Shown: positions 9,687 through 20,614 of the stretch, piece after piece | How the letters are laid out: each line of letters begins with the position of its first letter | How positions within the stretch are numbered: position 1 is the first letter of the stretch | Origin: an uncultured bacterium | Lineage (GTDB): Bacteria; UBP4; UBA4092 | Assembly (NCBI GenBank): GCA_964644695.1 | Contig: CAZXWN010000002.1 | Coordinates: forward strand, 124,001-188,000 | DNA length: 64,000 nucleotides | Reading direction: 5' to 3' | Notes under the pieces: generated by a model | What the model saw: the letters and a program-made list of their open reading frames with translations, nothing else | Told to the model about the DNA's origin: nothing | Database searches by the model: none | Position numbers and translations under genes: made by a program

Positions 9687-10970
9687 TTAGGTCAACCGGC
9701 GAAGTTGAGGCACCCGATAATTGATGAATATCGTATAACTCAATGTAATCAGTGCGAAAGCTCCCAAGGTGATGGGGGCTGATGTTTTTTCAGCGATAGT
9801 GCCTGCTAACAGATTCCCAAAAGGAGTTAGTCCCAGAGAGGTCAGGGTGAAAATACTGATAATACGGCCCCGATATTCATCAGGACTATTTGACTGTAAA
9901 AGCGCATTGGTAGTTGCAAGATAAACGACATTGGAAAATCCCATTCCAACTAATAACAAACATGCCAGCCAATACCACTGGCAAACAGCAAACAGGAAAG
10001 TAAATATCGTCGCCCCAAAGGCTCCCATTATCAGGAACCGTCCCTTCTTATTAGACCGGCTTAACCATCCTATCAACAGGGCTCCAAAAACTGCGCCCAC
10101 CCCCACAGATGACATCAAGATTCCGTATCCTCCCGCATCCTTGTGAAATACCTCTTTGGCAAAAACGGGCATTAATGTCGGGTAGGACATAATCAAGACA
10201 CTGGGTACAGCTACCATGGTTAGCAAGCCGCGGATTGTTGGATGTCCTGCCATATATTTGAATCCCTGTTTGATGTCATCTGCAAAAGATTTCTTTTGGA
10301 TGATGGGTTCTCTGGGTGGTAGTTTCATCATCATCAGCGCAAACAGGACTGCTAAAAAAGAAAGGCCATTTCCAAGGAAACAACCCGCTTCACCAAACCA
10401 TCCTACGAGCTGTCCCGCGATGGCAGGACCTATGATTCGTGCTGAGTTGAAGGCTACAGAGTTCATCCCAATGGCATTCATTAAATCTTCTTTGCCGACC
10501 AATTCATATATAAAAGACTGTCGCCCGGGAGCATCTATTGCTAATAGCATTCCATTGAAGATAGTGATGCAAAATAATTGCCAGATTTGAATGTGGCCAA
10601 ACCATGTCAGGTAAGCTAAAAGAAAGGCTGATGTCATCATTCCAAACTGTGTGGCAAGAATCAGCTTTTGTTTCCTGACACGATCTACTAATACTCCCCC
10701 TAAGGGAGACAATATTAATAGTGGAATTGCATTTGAAAAACCTATTAAGCCAAGAAGAAACTCGGATCCCGTCATTTTGTAAACGAGCCATGAGAGTGCC
10801 GTTGATTGCATCCAGCTGCCAACAAGAGACACCAGATTACCAGACCAGAACAGACGGTAATTGCGATGGCCAAAAGCGGAGAACAGCTGTTTTATGCGTG
10901 AAGATTTACTCCACTCATTTCGAGGGAGTGGTTGTGGTGTATCAGTTTGCGAGGATAGAGGGTCAGGCAT
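9687..10970 (-). CDS. MFS transporter (MFS_3 type)
   Basis: About 12 TM; NYRLFWSGNLVSLVGSWMQ, GGVLVDRV, NSARIIGPAIAG. Confidence 0.92.
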   Translation of the reverse strand: MPDPLSSQTDTPQPLPRNEWSKSSRIKQLFSAFGHRNYRLFWSGNLVSLVGSWMQSTALSWLVYKMTGSEFLLGLIGFSNAIPLLILSPLGGVLVDRVRKQKLILATQFGMMTSAFLLAYLTWFGHIQIWQLFCITIFNGMLLAIDAPGRQSFIYELVGKEDLMNAIGMNSVAFNSARIIGPAIAGQLVGWFGEAGCFLGNGLSFLAVLFALMMMKLPPREPIIQKKSFADDIKQGFKYMAGHPTIRGLLTMVAVPSVLIMSYPTLMPVFAKEVFHKDAGGYGILMSSVGVGAVFGALLIGWLSRSNKKGRFLIMGAFGATIFTFLFAVCQWYWLACLLLVGMGFSNVVYLATTNALLQSNSPDEYRGRIISIFTLTSLGLTPFGNLLAGTIAEKTSAPITLGAFALITLSYTIFINYRVPQLRRLT

Positions 10971-11007
10971 GATTATATTTAATTTTACAACACTCTAAGG
11001 TGTAAAT

Positions 11008-11042
11008 AAAAAAGGCACCAGTTTTTTACAACTGGTGCCTTT
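11008..11042. terminator. Bidirectional intrinsic terminator after the RND operon
   Basis: AAAGGCACCAGTT-loop-AACTGGTGCCTTT with A tract on the left. Confidence 0.8.
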
Positions 11043-11054
11043 CATCAACAGGGT

Positions 11055-14000
11055 TTACTTACTCAATGGTTTTTCTACGGTATCCTTAAACCCAAAGAGT
11101 TTCTTGAAAAAATTACCCATCTGGTCAAGAAGAGTATAGGCAACAGGAGTCACCAGCAATGTGATGAGTAAGCATAATGCCTGTCCACCGATAACAACGA
11201 TTGCTACTGACTTACGCATTGCTGAACCTGGCCCCGTACCTAAAGCCATGGGGGCCATACCGGCAATCAAACAGAAGGTTGTCATCAGAATTGGACGAAG
11301 CCTGTCTCGGCACGCCTGAACAATAGCCTCATTGATTGCAAGACCTTCATGTCGTCGTAAGTTATTCGCGTGGTCAACCTGTAAAATTGCATTCTTCTTG
11401 ACCACTCCGAACAACATAAACAGACCCAGTAACGAGAAGATGTTCAAAGTCTCTCTGAAGAACAACAAGGACAACAGCGCAAAAGGAATGGATAATGGTA
11501 ATGACAACAGGATAGTGATGGGGTGTGTAAAGCTTTCGAACTGTGCCGCCAGAATCATGTACATGAATATAAACGACAGAATAAAGGCTATGGCAAAGTT
11601 TTGGAAGGTATTGCCAAGTTCCTTGGCTCGACCAAGCAATCCGTTGTTATATCCAGATTCCATTTTCAGTTCATTATCAACAAATGCGTTGATATTATCA
11701 ATAACTGCACCCAGAGATGTACTCTTTTCATTGGGGTCAATATTGGCATAGATCATCACCTGGCGCTGACGAGCATATCGTTTGATTTCGGAAGGCCCTG
11801 TACCATAATCCAACTTGGCGACCTGGTCTAACCGAACCATACCAAGTTTTGTGGAGGGAACATATAACCGTTTGATGGCTTCTGCCTGATTACGATTACC
11901 GACATCTGTCCGTAATCGAACTTCATACCTGTCATCCAGTTCCTTGTAGTTAGATACGATTTCACCGCCCACCAGGGTTCTCAGACTTAATGCAATGGAT
12001 GAAACATTCACGCCCAAGTCAGCAGCACGGTCACGGTCGATCCTGACCCGTACTTCTGGCTTACCTTCTTCCAATGATGAATCAATATCTACTACACCTT
12101 TTGTAGTGCTGAGGTGATACATGATTCTATTGGCATAAGTTTCTAATTTTTTGAAGTCAGGGCCTTGGACATAATACATAATATCGGCATTCATACCAGC
12201 GCCACCGGCCATATCATCAATCATCTGAACTGAAAGGTTTACATTTTTATATTGAGCCAATTTATTCCGGGTCATGCCCATGATATCGTTCTGGGTTTCT
12301 TTTCGTTTTTTACGGTCCACTAACTCAATGTATATGGACCCCCGGTTTACCTTGGCCTGAGAATCTGAACCTAGTAATACTAAAGTATTTTTTATACCAG
12401 GAAGACTCTGAATATCTTTTTCCACTTGGTCAGTGATGGCTTTTGTTGCACTTAATGAATACCCTTCAGGCGCACGGATAGTTACCTGGAACTGGCTTTC
12501 ATCATCATTGACCATAAAATCAGTTCCGACCAACCTTATCAATCCTGCAGAGCTTACTATAAGCAACAAAGCAGTCACCATAACTACCCACTTATATCGT
12601 AAGCTCCACTTGAGTAATGCCGTGTAGAATCCATCAATTGACCGGTAAAACAGGGAATCCTTAGCTCTATCACCCTTGGGGTCATGTTTGATGAAGCGAG
12701 AGCATAACATGGGGGTTAATGTGAAGGATACAAGTAGTGACACTGCAATTGAGAATGCGCAGGTCATACCGAAACTACTCATAAAACGTCCGACGATACC
12801 GCTCATGAAAGCCAGTGGTAAGAAGATGATAATGAGTGACAGTGTCGTTGCCATGACGGCCATACCAATATCCGCTGTACCAACACGGGCTGCCTCCATG
12901 GGGGACATATTCTTTTCTTCAATAAATCGGAATATGTTTTCCAGAATAACAATGGCATCATCAATTACAATACCTACGCATAGTACCAATGCCATCATTG
13001 TCATCATATTGAGGGTATATCCCATCATTAACATCAAAGTAAACGTGGCAATAATAGAGGTAGGGATAGCAATAGCCGAAATAATCATGGAACGGAAGTT
13101 TCGGATAAACAACATAACGACTAATGCTGCAAGGATAGCACCTACTATTAAGTGTTCTTGAATAGCCTCAAAAGAACCTTTAATGTAATTGGTTTGATCC
13201 TGATTTACTGAAATAGTGTAGTCTTTAGGCAATGTCTTTTGAATATCCGCTAATCGACTCTTAATCCGGTCAACAACATCCAATGTGTTTGTTCCAGACT
13301 GTTTGCGGATAATCAACACAACGGTTTCTTTTCCATTCAAACGAGCAAGAGACCGAACTTCTTCTACACCATCTTCAACACGGGCTATATTTTTTACCCG
13401 GATTGGCATGCCATTACGATAGGTGAGAATAATTTCCTCAAAATCAGATACTTTTTCAACACGGCCTAATGTTCGTAGTTGAAGCTCACGAGTATCCTGA
13501 TCAATTCGTCCTCCGGGAACTTCGACATTTTGAGCGGCCAGAAGTGTCTTTACCTGATCAACAGATAACTGGTATTGCTCCATCTTCTGGGCATCAAGGA
13601 ATATCTGAACTTCACGGGTACGGTCACCTACCAGCTGAACAGAACCAACACCGTCAATTGTTTCTAACTGTTGTTTGATTAATTTATCCGCTGTATAGGT
13701 GATTTCTCGAGAGCTTCTATCGGCAGAGATAGAAAGAGCCAATACCGGTGAAGCATCAGGGTCCAGTTTCTGAATAATGGGAGTGTCTGTACCTTCAGGT
13801 AAATCGTTCAATACAGTATTGATTTTATCCCGGACATCCTGCGCCGCCTGGTCAACCGGTCGTTCAAGAACAAACTTGATAAAGACCTGTGACATTCCCT
13901 CTGATGAGGTAGATGACAGTTCTTCAATACCACTGATTGTATTGACAGCTTCTTCTACTTTTTCAGTGATCTGGGATTCAACTTCTTCAGGTGAAGCCCC

Positions 14001-14159
14001 ATTCAAGGTTGTCGTAACCACGACAAAGGGAAACTCTACTTTTGGATATAAATCAACACCCAGTTTGAAGTAGGAGTAAAACCCTAAAACCATCAGCGAC
14101 ATGATAAGCATGGTCGCGAAAACCGGGCGTCGTATACAAACTTCTGCTAATTTCTGCAT
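11055..14159 (-). CDS. RND efflux permease (AcrB/MdtB family)
   Basis: 1034 aa; RRPVFA, GIVIDDAIVILENI, KNAILQVD, RLRPILMTT. Confidence 0.95.
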   Translation of the reverse strand: MQKLAEVCIRRPVFATMLIMSLMVLGFYSYFKLGVDLYPKVEFPFVVVTTTLNGASPEEVESQITEKVEEAVNTISGIEELSSTSSEGMSQVFIKFVLERPVDQAAQDVRDKINTVLNDLPEGTDTPIIQKLDPDASPVLALSISADRSSREITYTADKLIKQQLETIDGVGSVQLVGDRTREVQIFLDAQKMEQYQLSVDQVKTLLAAQNVEVPGGRIDQDTRELQLRTLGRVEKVSDFEEIILTYRNGMPIRVKNIARVEDGVEEVRSLARLNGKETVVLIIRKQSGTNTLDVVDRIKSRLADIQKTLPKDYTISVNQDQTNYIKGSFEAIQEHLIVGAILAALVVMLFIRNFRSMIISAIAIPTSIIATFTLMLMMGYTLNMMTMMALVLCVGIVIDDAIVILENIFRFIEEKNMSPMEAARVGTADIGMAVMATTLSLIIIFLPLAFMSGIVGRFMSSFGMTCAFSIAVSLLVSFTLTPMLCSRFIKHDPKGDRAKDSLFYRSIDGFYTALLKWSLRYKWVVMVTALLLIVSSAGLIRLVGTDFMVNDDESQFQVTIRAPEGYSLSATKAITDQVEKDIQSLPGIKNTLVLLGSDSQAKVNRGSIYIELVDRKKRKETQNDIMGMTRNKLAQYKNVNLSVQMIDDMAGGAGMNADIMYYVQGPDFKKLETYANRIMYHLSTTKGVVDIDSSLEEGKPEVRVRIDRDRAADLGVNVSSIALSLRTLVGGEIVSNYKELDDRYEVRLRTDVGNRNQAEAIKRLYVPSTKLGMVRLDQVAKLDYGTGPSEIKRYARQRQVMIYANIDPNEKSTSLGAVIDNINAFVDNELKMESGYNNGLLGRAKELGNTFQNFAIAFILSFIFMYMILAAQFESFTHPITILLSLPLSIPFALLSLLFFRETLNIFSLLGLFMLFGVVKKNAILQVDHANNLRRHEGLAINEAIVQACRDRLRPILMTTFCLIAGMAPMALGTGPGSAMRKSVAIVVIGGQALCLLITLLVTPVAYTLLDQMGNFFKKLFGFKDTVEKPLSK

Positions 14160-14195
14160 ATATAGTCCTTAATAAAGGGTTGAATAACAAACTAA

Positions 14196-15500
14196 TTATT
14201 TAACAGTGGTTGCATCTGAAACCGTCTTTGGTGAAGATTCTGTGGTGACCGTATCTCCATCCGCAAACCGTTCAAAGCCTGAGATAATGACTTGAGATTC
14301 AGGAGAAATGCCTCCTAGAATTTCGACATCGCCGTTACTCAGGATACCTGTTTTTACTTCTTTCTTGACAGCTTTTCCATTCTCAAAAACAAACACACTA
14401 TAAGTGTTGGTAGCGCCAGATTTTTGGAGCCAATCACGTTTCAGAGTCATGGCATTCTTTTTCACTTGAAGAAGAATATTCCCTTCAACAAAAGAACCCG
14501 GTCGAAGCGCATTCTTTGCATTGGGGAGTATAGCTTCAATCTTTACAGCTCGGGAATCTGCTTCAATAGCTGGAGCTACGAGTGAAACTTTACCTGTAAA
14601 TGTGTTTCCGCTGTCCATTTTTAACTTCACAGGCATTCCAATCTGGAATTTAGACTGATCTTCCTGAGGAGCCTTGAGGACTGCTTTGATTGGATTAATT
14701 TTTTCAATGCGAACAATGGGAGAACCTGCTCCACCAACGACCATGTTGCCGGCTTGTTGATAACGGAGTGTAACGACTCCATCAATCGGAGAGACAATCC
14801 GAGTTTTACTTAACTGCAACCGCTGGTAATCGACATTCGCTTTGGCCTGTTCATATACAGCCTTGACCGCTTCACGATCTTCTGCCCGCTCACCTTCTTT
14901 GACCATGCTTAAAGCCTGTTCATTACGGGCTAAAACGGCTTCTTTCACCTTCATCTGGTTTTCGTAGTATTCTTTTTCCTGCTTGGAAGCTACACCCTGA
15001 TTGAACATATTAAGAGTTCGCTGATAATCGGCTTTAGCTAAATCATAATTTGATTTCGCTTCGTAAACTTCTTGCTCAGCCTTGGCTAATTCCTGGGGGC
15101 GGGAACCTGTTTTTGTCTTATCCCATGCTGCCTTAGCTTGAAGCATGTTTGCCTCAGACTGTGCCAACTGAGTTTTTATGACACTGGGATCAATAACTGC
15201 GACAACTTGTCCTTTACGGACGACTGTTCCTTCATCGGCTTTGAGTTCCAGTATTTTGCCAGAGACTTCACTGACAACATCAACAGAGTGCTGGGCCTGT
15301 AATTCACCGGTTGCCTGATAGTAATCTTCTAAGTCCATTGAGACTGGATTTGATACGGTGACGACAGGTGTTTCCACCTTTGCTTCTTCTTTCTTCTTTT
15401 TGCCACATCCACAAATTATCAGTAGAGAGGCGCATAACACTAATGCCATCATTTTTCTTGTGTAGGACATAATCTCGTTTCCTTTTTCTATGAGCTCCAT
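14196..15500 (-). CDS. RND membrane fusion protein (periplasmic adaptor); true start may be 15470
   Basis: Lipoprotein-like signal, lipoyl half-motifs (VSEVSGKI, SPIDGVV), long coiled coil. Confidence 0.92.
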   Translation of the reverse strand: MELIEKGNEIMSYTRKMMALVLCASLLIICGCGKKKKEEAKVETPVVTVSNPVSMDLEDYYQATGELQAQHSVDVVSEVSGKILELKADEGTVVRKGQVVAVIDPSVIKTQLAQSEANMLQAKAAWDKTKTGSRPQELAKAEQEVYEAKSNYDLAKADYQRTLNMFNQGVASKQEKEYYENQMKVKEAVLARNEQALSMVKEGERAEDREAVKAVYEQAKANVDYQRLQLSKTRIVSPIDGVVTLRYQQAGNMVVGGAGSPIVRIEKINPIKAVLKAPQEDQSKFQIGMPVKLKMDSGNTFTGKVSLVAPAIEADSRAVKIEAILPNAKNALRPGSFVEGNILLQVKKNAMTLKRDWLQKSGATNTYSVFVFENGKAVKKEVKTGILSNGDVEILGGISPESQVIISGFERFADGDTVTTESSPKTVSDATTVK

Positions 15501-15537
15501 TAGTTTTTTGGGTTACAAATATTGATTCCGTTGATCG

Positions 15538-16851
15538 TTAGGGCAGTTGATCGAGTCCAACCACTTGTTGTAATTGGGCCAGGGCAACCTGATATCCATA
15601 TACCGCCTGAGCATGGCTCACTCGGGCAGCGGTTAGGTTTAATTCAGCATCTGCCACATCAAAAGAAGTAGCGCGTCCGTTTTCGAACGCAACCTTGTTC
15701 ATCTTTAAGGATTGTTCAGCCAGTTGAATGTTTTCCAAAGCAGACTGTACTAGTTCATCTTGTTTGGTTAATTCACGAACAGTTTGCTCCACTTCAGTGT
15801 GCACAGCCAGAAGCGCTTTTTCATATTCGATCTGGGCTGCTTTGTGAAGTGCTCGGGCTTCTTTGATCTGCGCTAGTGTTTTACCGCCCTCAATGATCGG
15901 CCAGGACATACTGACATAACCTAACCAGTTGTCATATCGATCATCATCTTTGTTGTAAAAATTCTGGTTTGTCCAACCAACTGACCCACCGATTGAAATG
16001 ATTGGATAGTTCTGTGCCTTTCGTAAACCAATTAAGGACTCGTATTGGATGATCTGCTGTTTAAGAGCATCCAGGTCAGGTCTGTTCTTTTCAGCAGTGT
16101 CACGCAGAAGATATGTTTGAGCTGAATAGGCACTGTAATTGAGATCCCCAACCAATTGGAGATTTCTGTTGGCATCCACTTGTAATAATTGATTAAATGC
16201 ATTTCGGGACTGTACAAGGTTGTTCCGGGCCGTGATTACATTCGTTTTGGATTGGGCCACTTTTACCTTGGCACGGGTTACATCCAACTCTGTATTTACA
16301 CCTTCGACGAAACGAATTTGGGCTCGACGTAATTGGTCTTCAGCAATTGCCAGGGATTCTTCATTAACCTTTACCAGTTGTTGTTGTAACAGAACTCCAT
16401 AAAATGCCTGAGTTACAGCCAGCCGGACATTCTGGCGGACTGATTTGGTTAAGACTTCCTGAGTGCGGAAATATGCTTTTGCGCCTTTTAATGTATTGCC
16501 CAGACGTCCAAAAGTAACTACGGGTTGACTGGCATCTAATGTAACAGATCCTTGATCTCCGTCAATAGAACCCTGATTGCGTTCAAACTGCTGATAGTTG
16601 GCGGTCAGTTTCATTTGTAACAGCCATTCGCCACGAGTCTGTTCATACTGGGCGGCAGCAATGCTAACTTGTTGTTTCTGTTTTAAAACATCCGGATTTC
16701 GATCATAGGCTAATTCCACAGCCTGACTTAAATTTATCTGGTCGGGAACTTCGGGCAATGTAGCAGTCTTTGGAGCGGCCCATAAAGAACTGACCAGTAA
16801 ACCGTACACAATCATCCGGGTAACTACGGATACAATACGAGATTTCTTCAT
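15538..16851 (-). CDS. TolC family outer membrane efflux protein
   Basis: Signal peptide, two OEP repeats (RNPD, RPDL, GRATSFDV); operon context. Confidence 0.9.
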   Translation of the reverse strand: MKKSRIVSVVTRMIVYGLLVSSLWAAPKTATLPEVPDQINLSQAVELAYDRNPDVLKQKQQVSIAAAQYEQTRGEWLLQMKLTANYQQFERNQGSIDGDQGSVTLDASQPVVTFGRLGNTLKGAKAYFRTQEVLTKSVRQNVRLAVTQAFYGVLLQQQLVKVNEESLAIAEDQLRRAQIRFVEGVNTELDVTRAKVKVAQSKTNVITARNNLVQSRNAFNQLLQVDANRNLQLVGDLNYSAYSAQTYLLRDTAEKNRPDLDALKQQIIQYESLIGLRKAQNYPIISIGGSVGWTNQNFYNKDDDRYDNWLGYVSMSWPIIEGGKTLAQIKEARALHKAAQIEYEKALLAVHTEVEQTVRELTKQDELVQSALENIQLAEQSLKMNKVAFENGRATSFDVADAELNLTAARVSHAQAVYGYQVALAQLQQVVGLDQLP

Positions 16852-16994
16852 AACGGTTCTTTGTCCTTTATTGTGATTATGTGTTTTCTTAATTGGATTG
16901 TTTATGAAAGGTCTAGTTGTTTCTATTTCTTTCTATATAATCCTGTTTGAATTATTTTTGTTAATGTGACTGTTGCTTATATGCTTTTTGGATA

Positions 16995-17510
16995 TTACTT
17001 AAAATCCTTATGGAGCTTCCGTATGTCTGCTAAAATTTCGTTTTGTTCGATTTCTGGCATGAGACCTGTTAATATTTGTCGCCATAATTTAATGAAAGTA
17101 TGTCGATCTTCCTGGCTTAGTGTCATTAATACTGGCTTCAAATGTTCATGCTCTACTCGATGAAAAGCGTCTAATACTTTTTCACCATTTTGTGTTAATG
17201 CCACAAAAACAACACGGCGATCTTGCTCATCCCGATCTCGTTTTACAATCTCGCGTTTTACCAGACGGTCAATTATCCCTGTTATCGTGGGCATACTGAC
17301 ACCAATAGCATTCGACAAAAACCCCATGGTCTGCTTCCCTTTTACTTTCAGTAACATGCAGAGTCCAAACTGAATGGGAGTCATGTCCTGGTCTATCTCA
17401 TTAAACATCTTTGGGTTACGGCGAACTAGAGCAAATTTCAAAGCTCCAATAATCTCCGTAAACTCATTTATGTCTGATTCTAGCTGCTTGGTGTCTGCGG
17501 TCTTCTTCAA
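16995..17510 (-). CDS. MarR family transcriptional regulator
   Basis: SMPTITGIIDRLVKR and DRRVVFVALT wHTH motifs. Confidence 0.92.
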   Translation of the reverse strand: MKKTADTKQLESDINEFTEIIGALKFALVRRNPKMFNEIDQDMTPIQFGLCMLLKVKGKQTMGFLSNAIGVSMPTITGIIDRLVKREIVKRDRDEQDRRVVFVALTQNGEKVLDAFHRVEHEHLKPVLMTLSQEDRHTFIKLWRQILTGLMPEIEQNEILADIRKLHKDFK

Positions 17511-17525
17511 ATCTTTTCGCCTCGC

Positions 17526-17581
17526 TTAATATTTCATGAACACTAAATATTAATGTAGCGTAAATAAATAAACATTGTCAA
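17526..17581 (-). promoter_or_regulatory. marR operon promoter with putative MarR operator
   Basis: Minus-strand TTGACA-N18-TACATT; inverted repeat TTAATATTT-N10-AAATATTAA (17526-17553) overlapping the -10/TSS region. Confidence 0.6.
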
Positions 17582-17774
17582 TTGAAGAAATATTGATCAT
17601 CCACAAAAATTGAAAAGACCTTCGCTCTAATAATTATTATATAAAAATATTACTGTCGTGTTAAATCTTATCCACTATGGGTTCTTATTTCTTGACTTTA
17701 CTTGCTATTAATTGAGAATCAGATAGTTAGTCTCTTCTTATTTCCTCTCCGGGGGCTGAAAACAAGACGTTCGG

Positions 17775-17804
17775 AAACGAAGCAGAAACGAAGGGGGTAT
17801 GGAC
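17775..17804 (+). repeat. Dispersed intergenic element, copy C (partial)
   Basis: AACGAAGCAGAAACGAAGGGGGTATGGAC, 26/29 identical to the reverse complement of copy B. Confidence 0.75.
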
Positions 17805-17939
17805 ATGTTTACCATAAGAATAATTGGGAAGATTCTTCAATTTTTGAAAACATCACCAATAATCCACTGGAATATACGAAAAATATCTTGTTCTTGTCTT
17901 ATAATTTAAGTGCAGAGAGATTTATCAGAGGAAGGTGCT

Positions 17940-20567
17940 ATGAAAAAGTCAATATGGTTGTTAGGGTTATTCTTGTTAATCACAGTAAATGTTTGGTGTG
18001 CTGGGTATTACACCCAGTTCACAGAGAGCTGGTACAAATCTCCTCTCGAATTGAATTTAGGGGATACCAGTGAGAACCTTTATATTGGTGATGTGGCCGT
18101 TGACCCCGTTACTGGGTATGTCTTGGTTCTTAATGGTGCTAAATACGGTGGTACCGTTTCCACTTGGAGCACTTTAGTAAATCCGAACGACCAGGTTACC
18201 ATATCTGTATTAAACCCTGATACCGGTGATTTAGTGGGTCGCATAGCAAATATTCCTTTTAATGGGGGATGGGGTGTCTCTCCTACACGGTTAACAGTAA
18301 CCGATGATGGTGTGGTGATGATTCTTGGGTATGAAGGTGGTTTTCTGACGATTCCAACGGCAACCACATGGAATGCCTCTGGTGCGATAAAGGTTGGCGG
18401 CGGTGGTTATTATCGTCCAGAAGACGGGACTCCATTATATGGAGGTTCTTTTGGTATCTCTGCCATTGGAAACTATAAAGAAGGTCGATGTTATGTTTTC
18501 TCCCACCGCGGTAATACGTTTTACGTTTTGAAAAATAACCCTGGTAATAAAGATTACTTTGGTGTGTTACGGTATGGTGCTGTAGCTTATGGAACTACAT
18601 CAAATACTTCCGACCTGATACAAGGTATAGAAGCTACCCATGACTTGAAAACAGTATATACCTACCGAGGTTCTAATTTGGGGGTAAGGAAATTTGTGGG
18701 TGAGCCGGCTGGCGGATATACCCGTAATACCTCTGTATCATATACCTTCTCTTGGGAAGGTAGTATGGATGCTGACATTGATAATAACTTGATTGTTACT
18801 GCCGGTCTTCATAATGATAACAGCGGAGACACTACGAAAGATTATATCCGCGTATGTTTCCAGAATTTACAGGGACAGGCTGTCGGTACTGGTACCAATG
18901 GCGCTGGAGTTTATGTGAAATCTAATGTCCCCCGAATCAATAGTGAATTGAGAGTGGGAGTAGCTGTAGATACCGTCCGGGGAAATGTCTATGTGGCCTC
19001 AAACTGTGGCGTAATCAAATATACAGGAACCCGAACCCTTCTACCATCAACAACAGTGAATGAACTGGTCGTTATTCCTAAACCTCAATCCATGATTCGG
19101 TTAACTGGATCTTTATCTTTGGATAAAACATTATTACCGGAAGCTCATTATACAGATGTCAGCACCCGGGTTGAACGTGCGGCTCGGTCTGCCTGCCGTT
19201 ATCTGAGTCCAACTATTCAGACGGCTGCTAAAATCCCCGTATTCTTAGCGGTGGCTGGATATGATTCTCAGGTATCTCAAAAATGCTTGGATGAAGGAAT
19301 TACTGTTCCAACTCAAACAAATGGTTATGCGCTATCTATATCTAGCACGGGTGTGACTATTGTAGGGCGGGATATCGTGGGCTTGTTCTATGGACTTATG
19401 TCTCTCCGACAATTGAAACAGGATACTACAAATTCTTATCTTCCCTATGTGAAAATTGAAGACTATCCGAAACTGGCTTACCGGGGTGTCCATACTTTTA
19501 CGGGTAAGAATGCGTTGTTGGAGCAAAAGCGGTTAATTGACCTGTTGGCTTCCTATAAGATGAATCAGATTGTTCTGCAATTGGATTATATGGAATTTAA
19601 GTCTCATCCAGAAATGTGGTACAGTCCTTGGGGGCAAAGCCAGAGTGATGTGAAAAATCTCATTGAATATGCCAATGACCGATTTATTGAGGTCTCCCCT
19701 TTGGTAAATGGTCCGGGGCATGCTGAATGGATGTTCCGCACAGGTTATCACTGGGAATTATCAGAGGATACTACTCCGGATGCGGGAAGGATTCCATACG
19801 CCTACTGTATTACCAACGAAACAACCTATCACATACTATTTGATATTTATGATGAAGTGGTTGATTTATTTAAACCTAAATATTTCCATATTGGACATGA
19901 TGAACCCAATACTGCTTCTTATGTGGAATTCCCAGAAGTTTCAGTGGGGTATACGGTCCGACAACTCCTCGAAATGGACCATGCCAAAGTGGCTCAATAT
20001 TTTGCCAACAAGAACATTGATTTGATGTTTTGGGGCGATATGTTGCTTTATAAAACGGAATCAAGAGATGGTGCTGCTTTGGCCCTAAACTATGATGATG
20101 CTACGGGGATGCGGGCTAATCTTAAACAAATAGAAAATAATACCGGATATCCAAAATATTACATCTGTGACTGGCATTATGGTGCCTATCCACCCTCTGA
20201 TTATGGTTCAGTGACAGTATTGCATAATTCTGGCTATCCTACCATTCCCTCGACTTGGTATGACCATGACAACATCCGGAATTTTACTCTTCAGGCCATA
20301 GATAAGGGGTCTGTTGGATTACTTCAAACCACTTGGGCAGGTTTTAACTTTAGAATTGAAGCAAATACTGGTTCTTATTATCAATTCGAAGCCTATGTCC
20401 TTGCTGCTGATTATTCCTGGTCTGGACGAAATGATTACATTGTAGGTATTGGCTATAGTCCGAAAACTACTTTCTGGAATAAGTGGAATAAATTAAAAGC
20501 CGGAACTGAAACAGTGCTAGATGCATCTCAGACTCCTGTGGTTGATTGGGCCTTAATGGAAGAGTAA
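17940..20567 (+). CDS. Secreted GH20 beta-N-acetylhexosaminidase with N-terminal beta-rich domain
   Basis: Signal peptide MKKSIWLL; VIPKPQ, GLFYGLMSLRQL, DYPKLAYRG, catalytic HIGHDEP; start moved to ATG 17940 after AGGAAGG. Confidence 0.88.
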   Translation: MKKSIWLLGLFLLITVNVWCAGYYTQFTESWYKSPLELNLGDTSENLYIGDVAVDPVTGYVLVLNGAKYGGTVSTWSTLVNPNDQVTISVLNPDTGDLVGRIANIPFNGGWGVSPTRLTVTDDGVVMILGYEGGFLTIPTATTWNASGAIKVGGGGYYRPEDGTPLYGGSFGISAIGNYKEGRCYVFSHRGNTFYVLKNNPGNKDYFGVLRYGAVAYGTTSNTSDLIQGIEATHDLKTVYTYRGSNLGVRKFVGEPAGGYTRNTSVSYTFSWEGSMDADIDNNLIVTAGLHNDNSGDTTKDYIRVCFQNLQGQAVGTGTNGAGVYVKSNVPRINSELRVGVAVDTVRGNVYVASNCGVIKYTGTRTLLPSTTVNELVVIPKPQSMIRLTGSLSLDKTLLPEAHYTDVSTRVERAARSACRYLSPTIQTAAKIPVFLAVAGYDSQVSQKCLDEGITVPTQTNGYALSISSTGVTIVGRDIVGLFYGLMSLRQLKQDTTNSYLPYVKIEDYPKLAYRGVHTFTGKNALLEQKRLIDLLASYKMNQIVLQLDYMEFKSHPEMWYSPWGQSQSDVKNLIEYANDRFIEVSPLVNGPGHAEWMFRTGYHWELSEDTTPDAGRIPYAYCITNETTYHILFDIYDEVVDLFKPKYFHIGHDEPNTASYVEFPEVSVGYTVRQLLEMDHAKVAQYFANKNIDLMFWGDMLLYKTESRDGAALALNYDDATGMRANLKQIENNTGYPKYYICDWHYGAYPPSDYGSVTVLHNSGYPTIPSTWYDHDNIRNFTLQAIDKGSVGLLQTTWAGFNFRIEANTGSYYQFEAYVLAADYSWSGRNDYIVGIGYSPKTTFWNKWNKLKAGTETVLDASQTPVVDWALMEE

Positions 20568-20614
20568 ATCTTGATAGAAATATTTGGAGTAAACAATACT
20601 TGGTTTGTATAATT

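Noticed and set aside
11332..14073. Several plus-strand ORFs opposite the RND gene (similar short ORFs occur opposite most long genes)
   Set aside because: Antisense shadows with no recognisable motifs
17702..18073. 123-aa ORF upstream of and overlapping GH20
   Set aside because: Covers promoter/repeat DNA and overlaps GH20 out of frame; no motif
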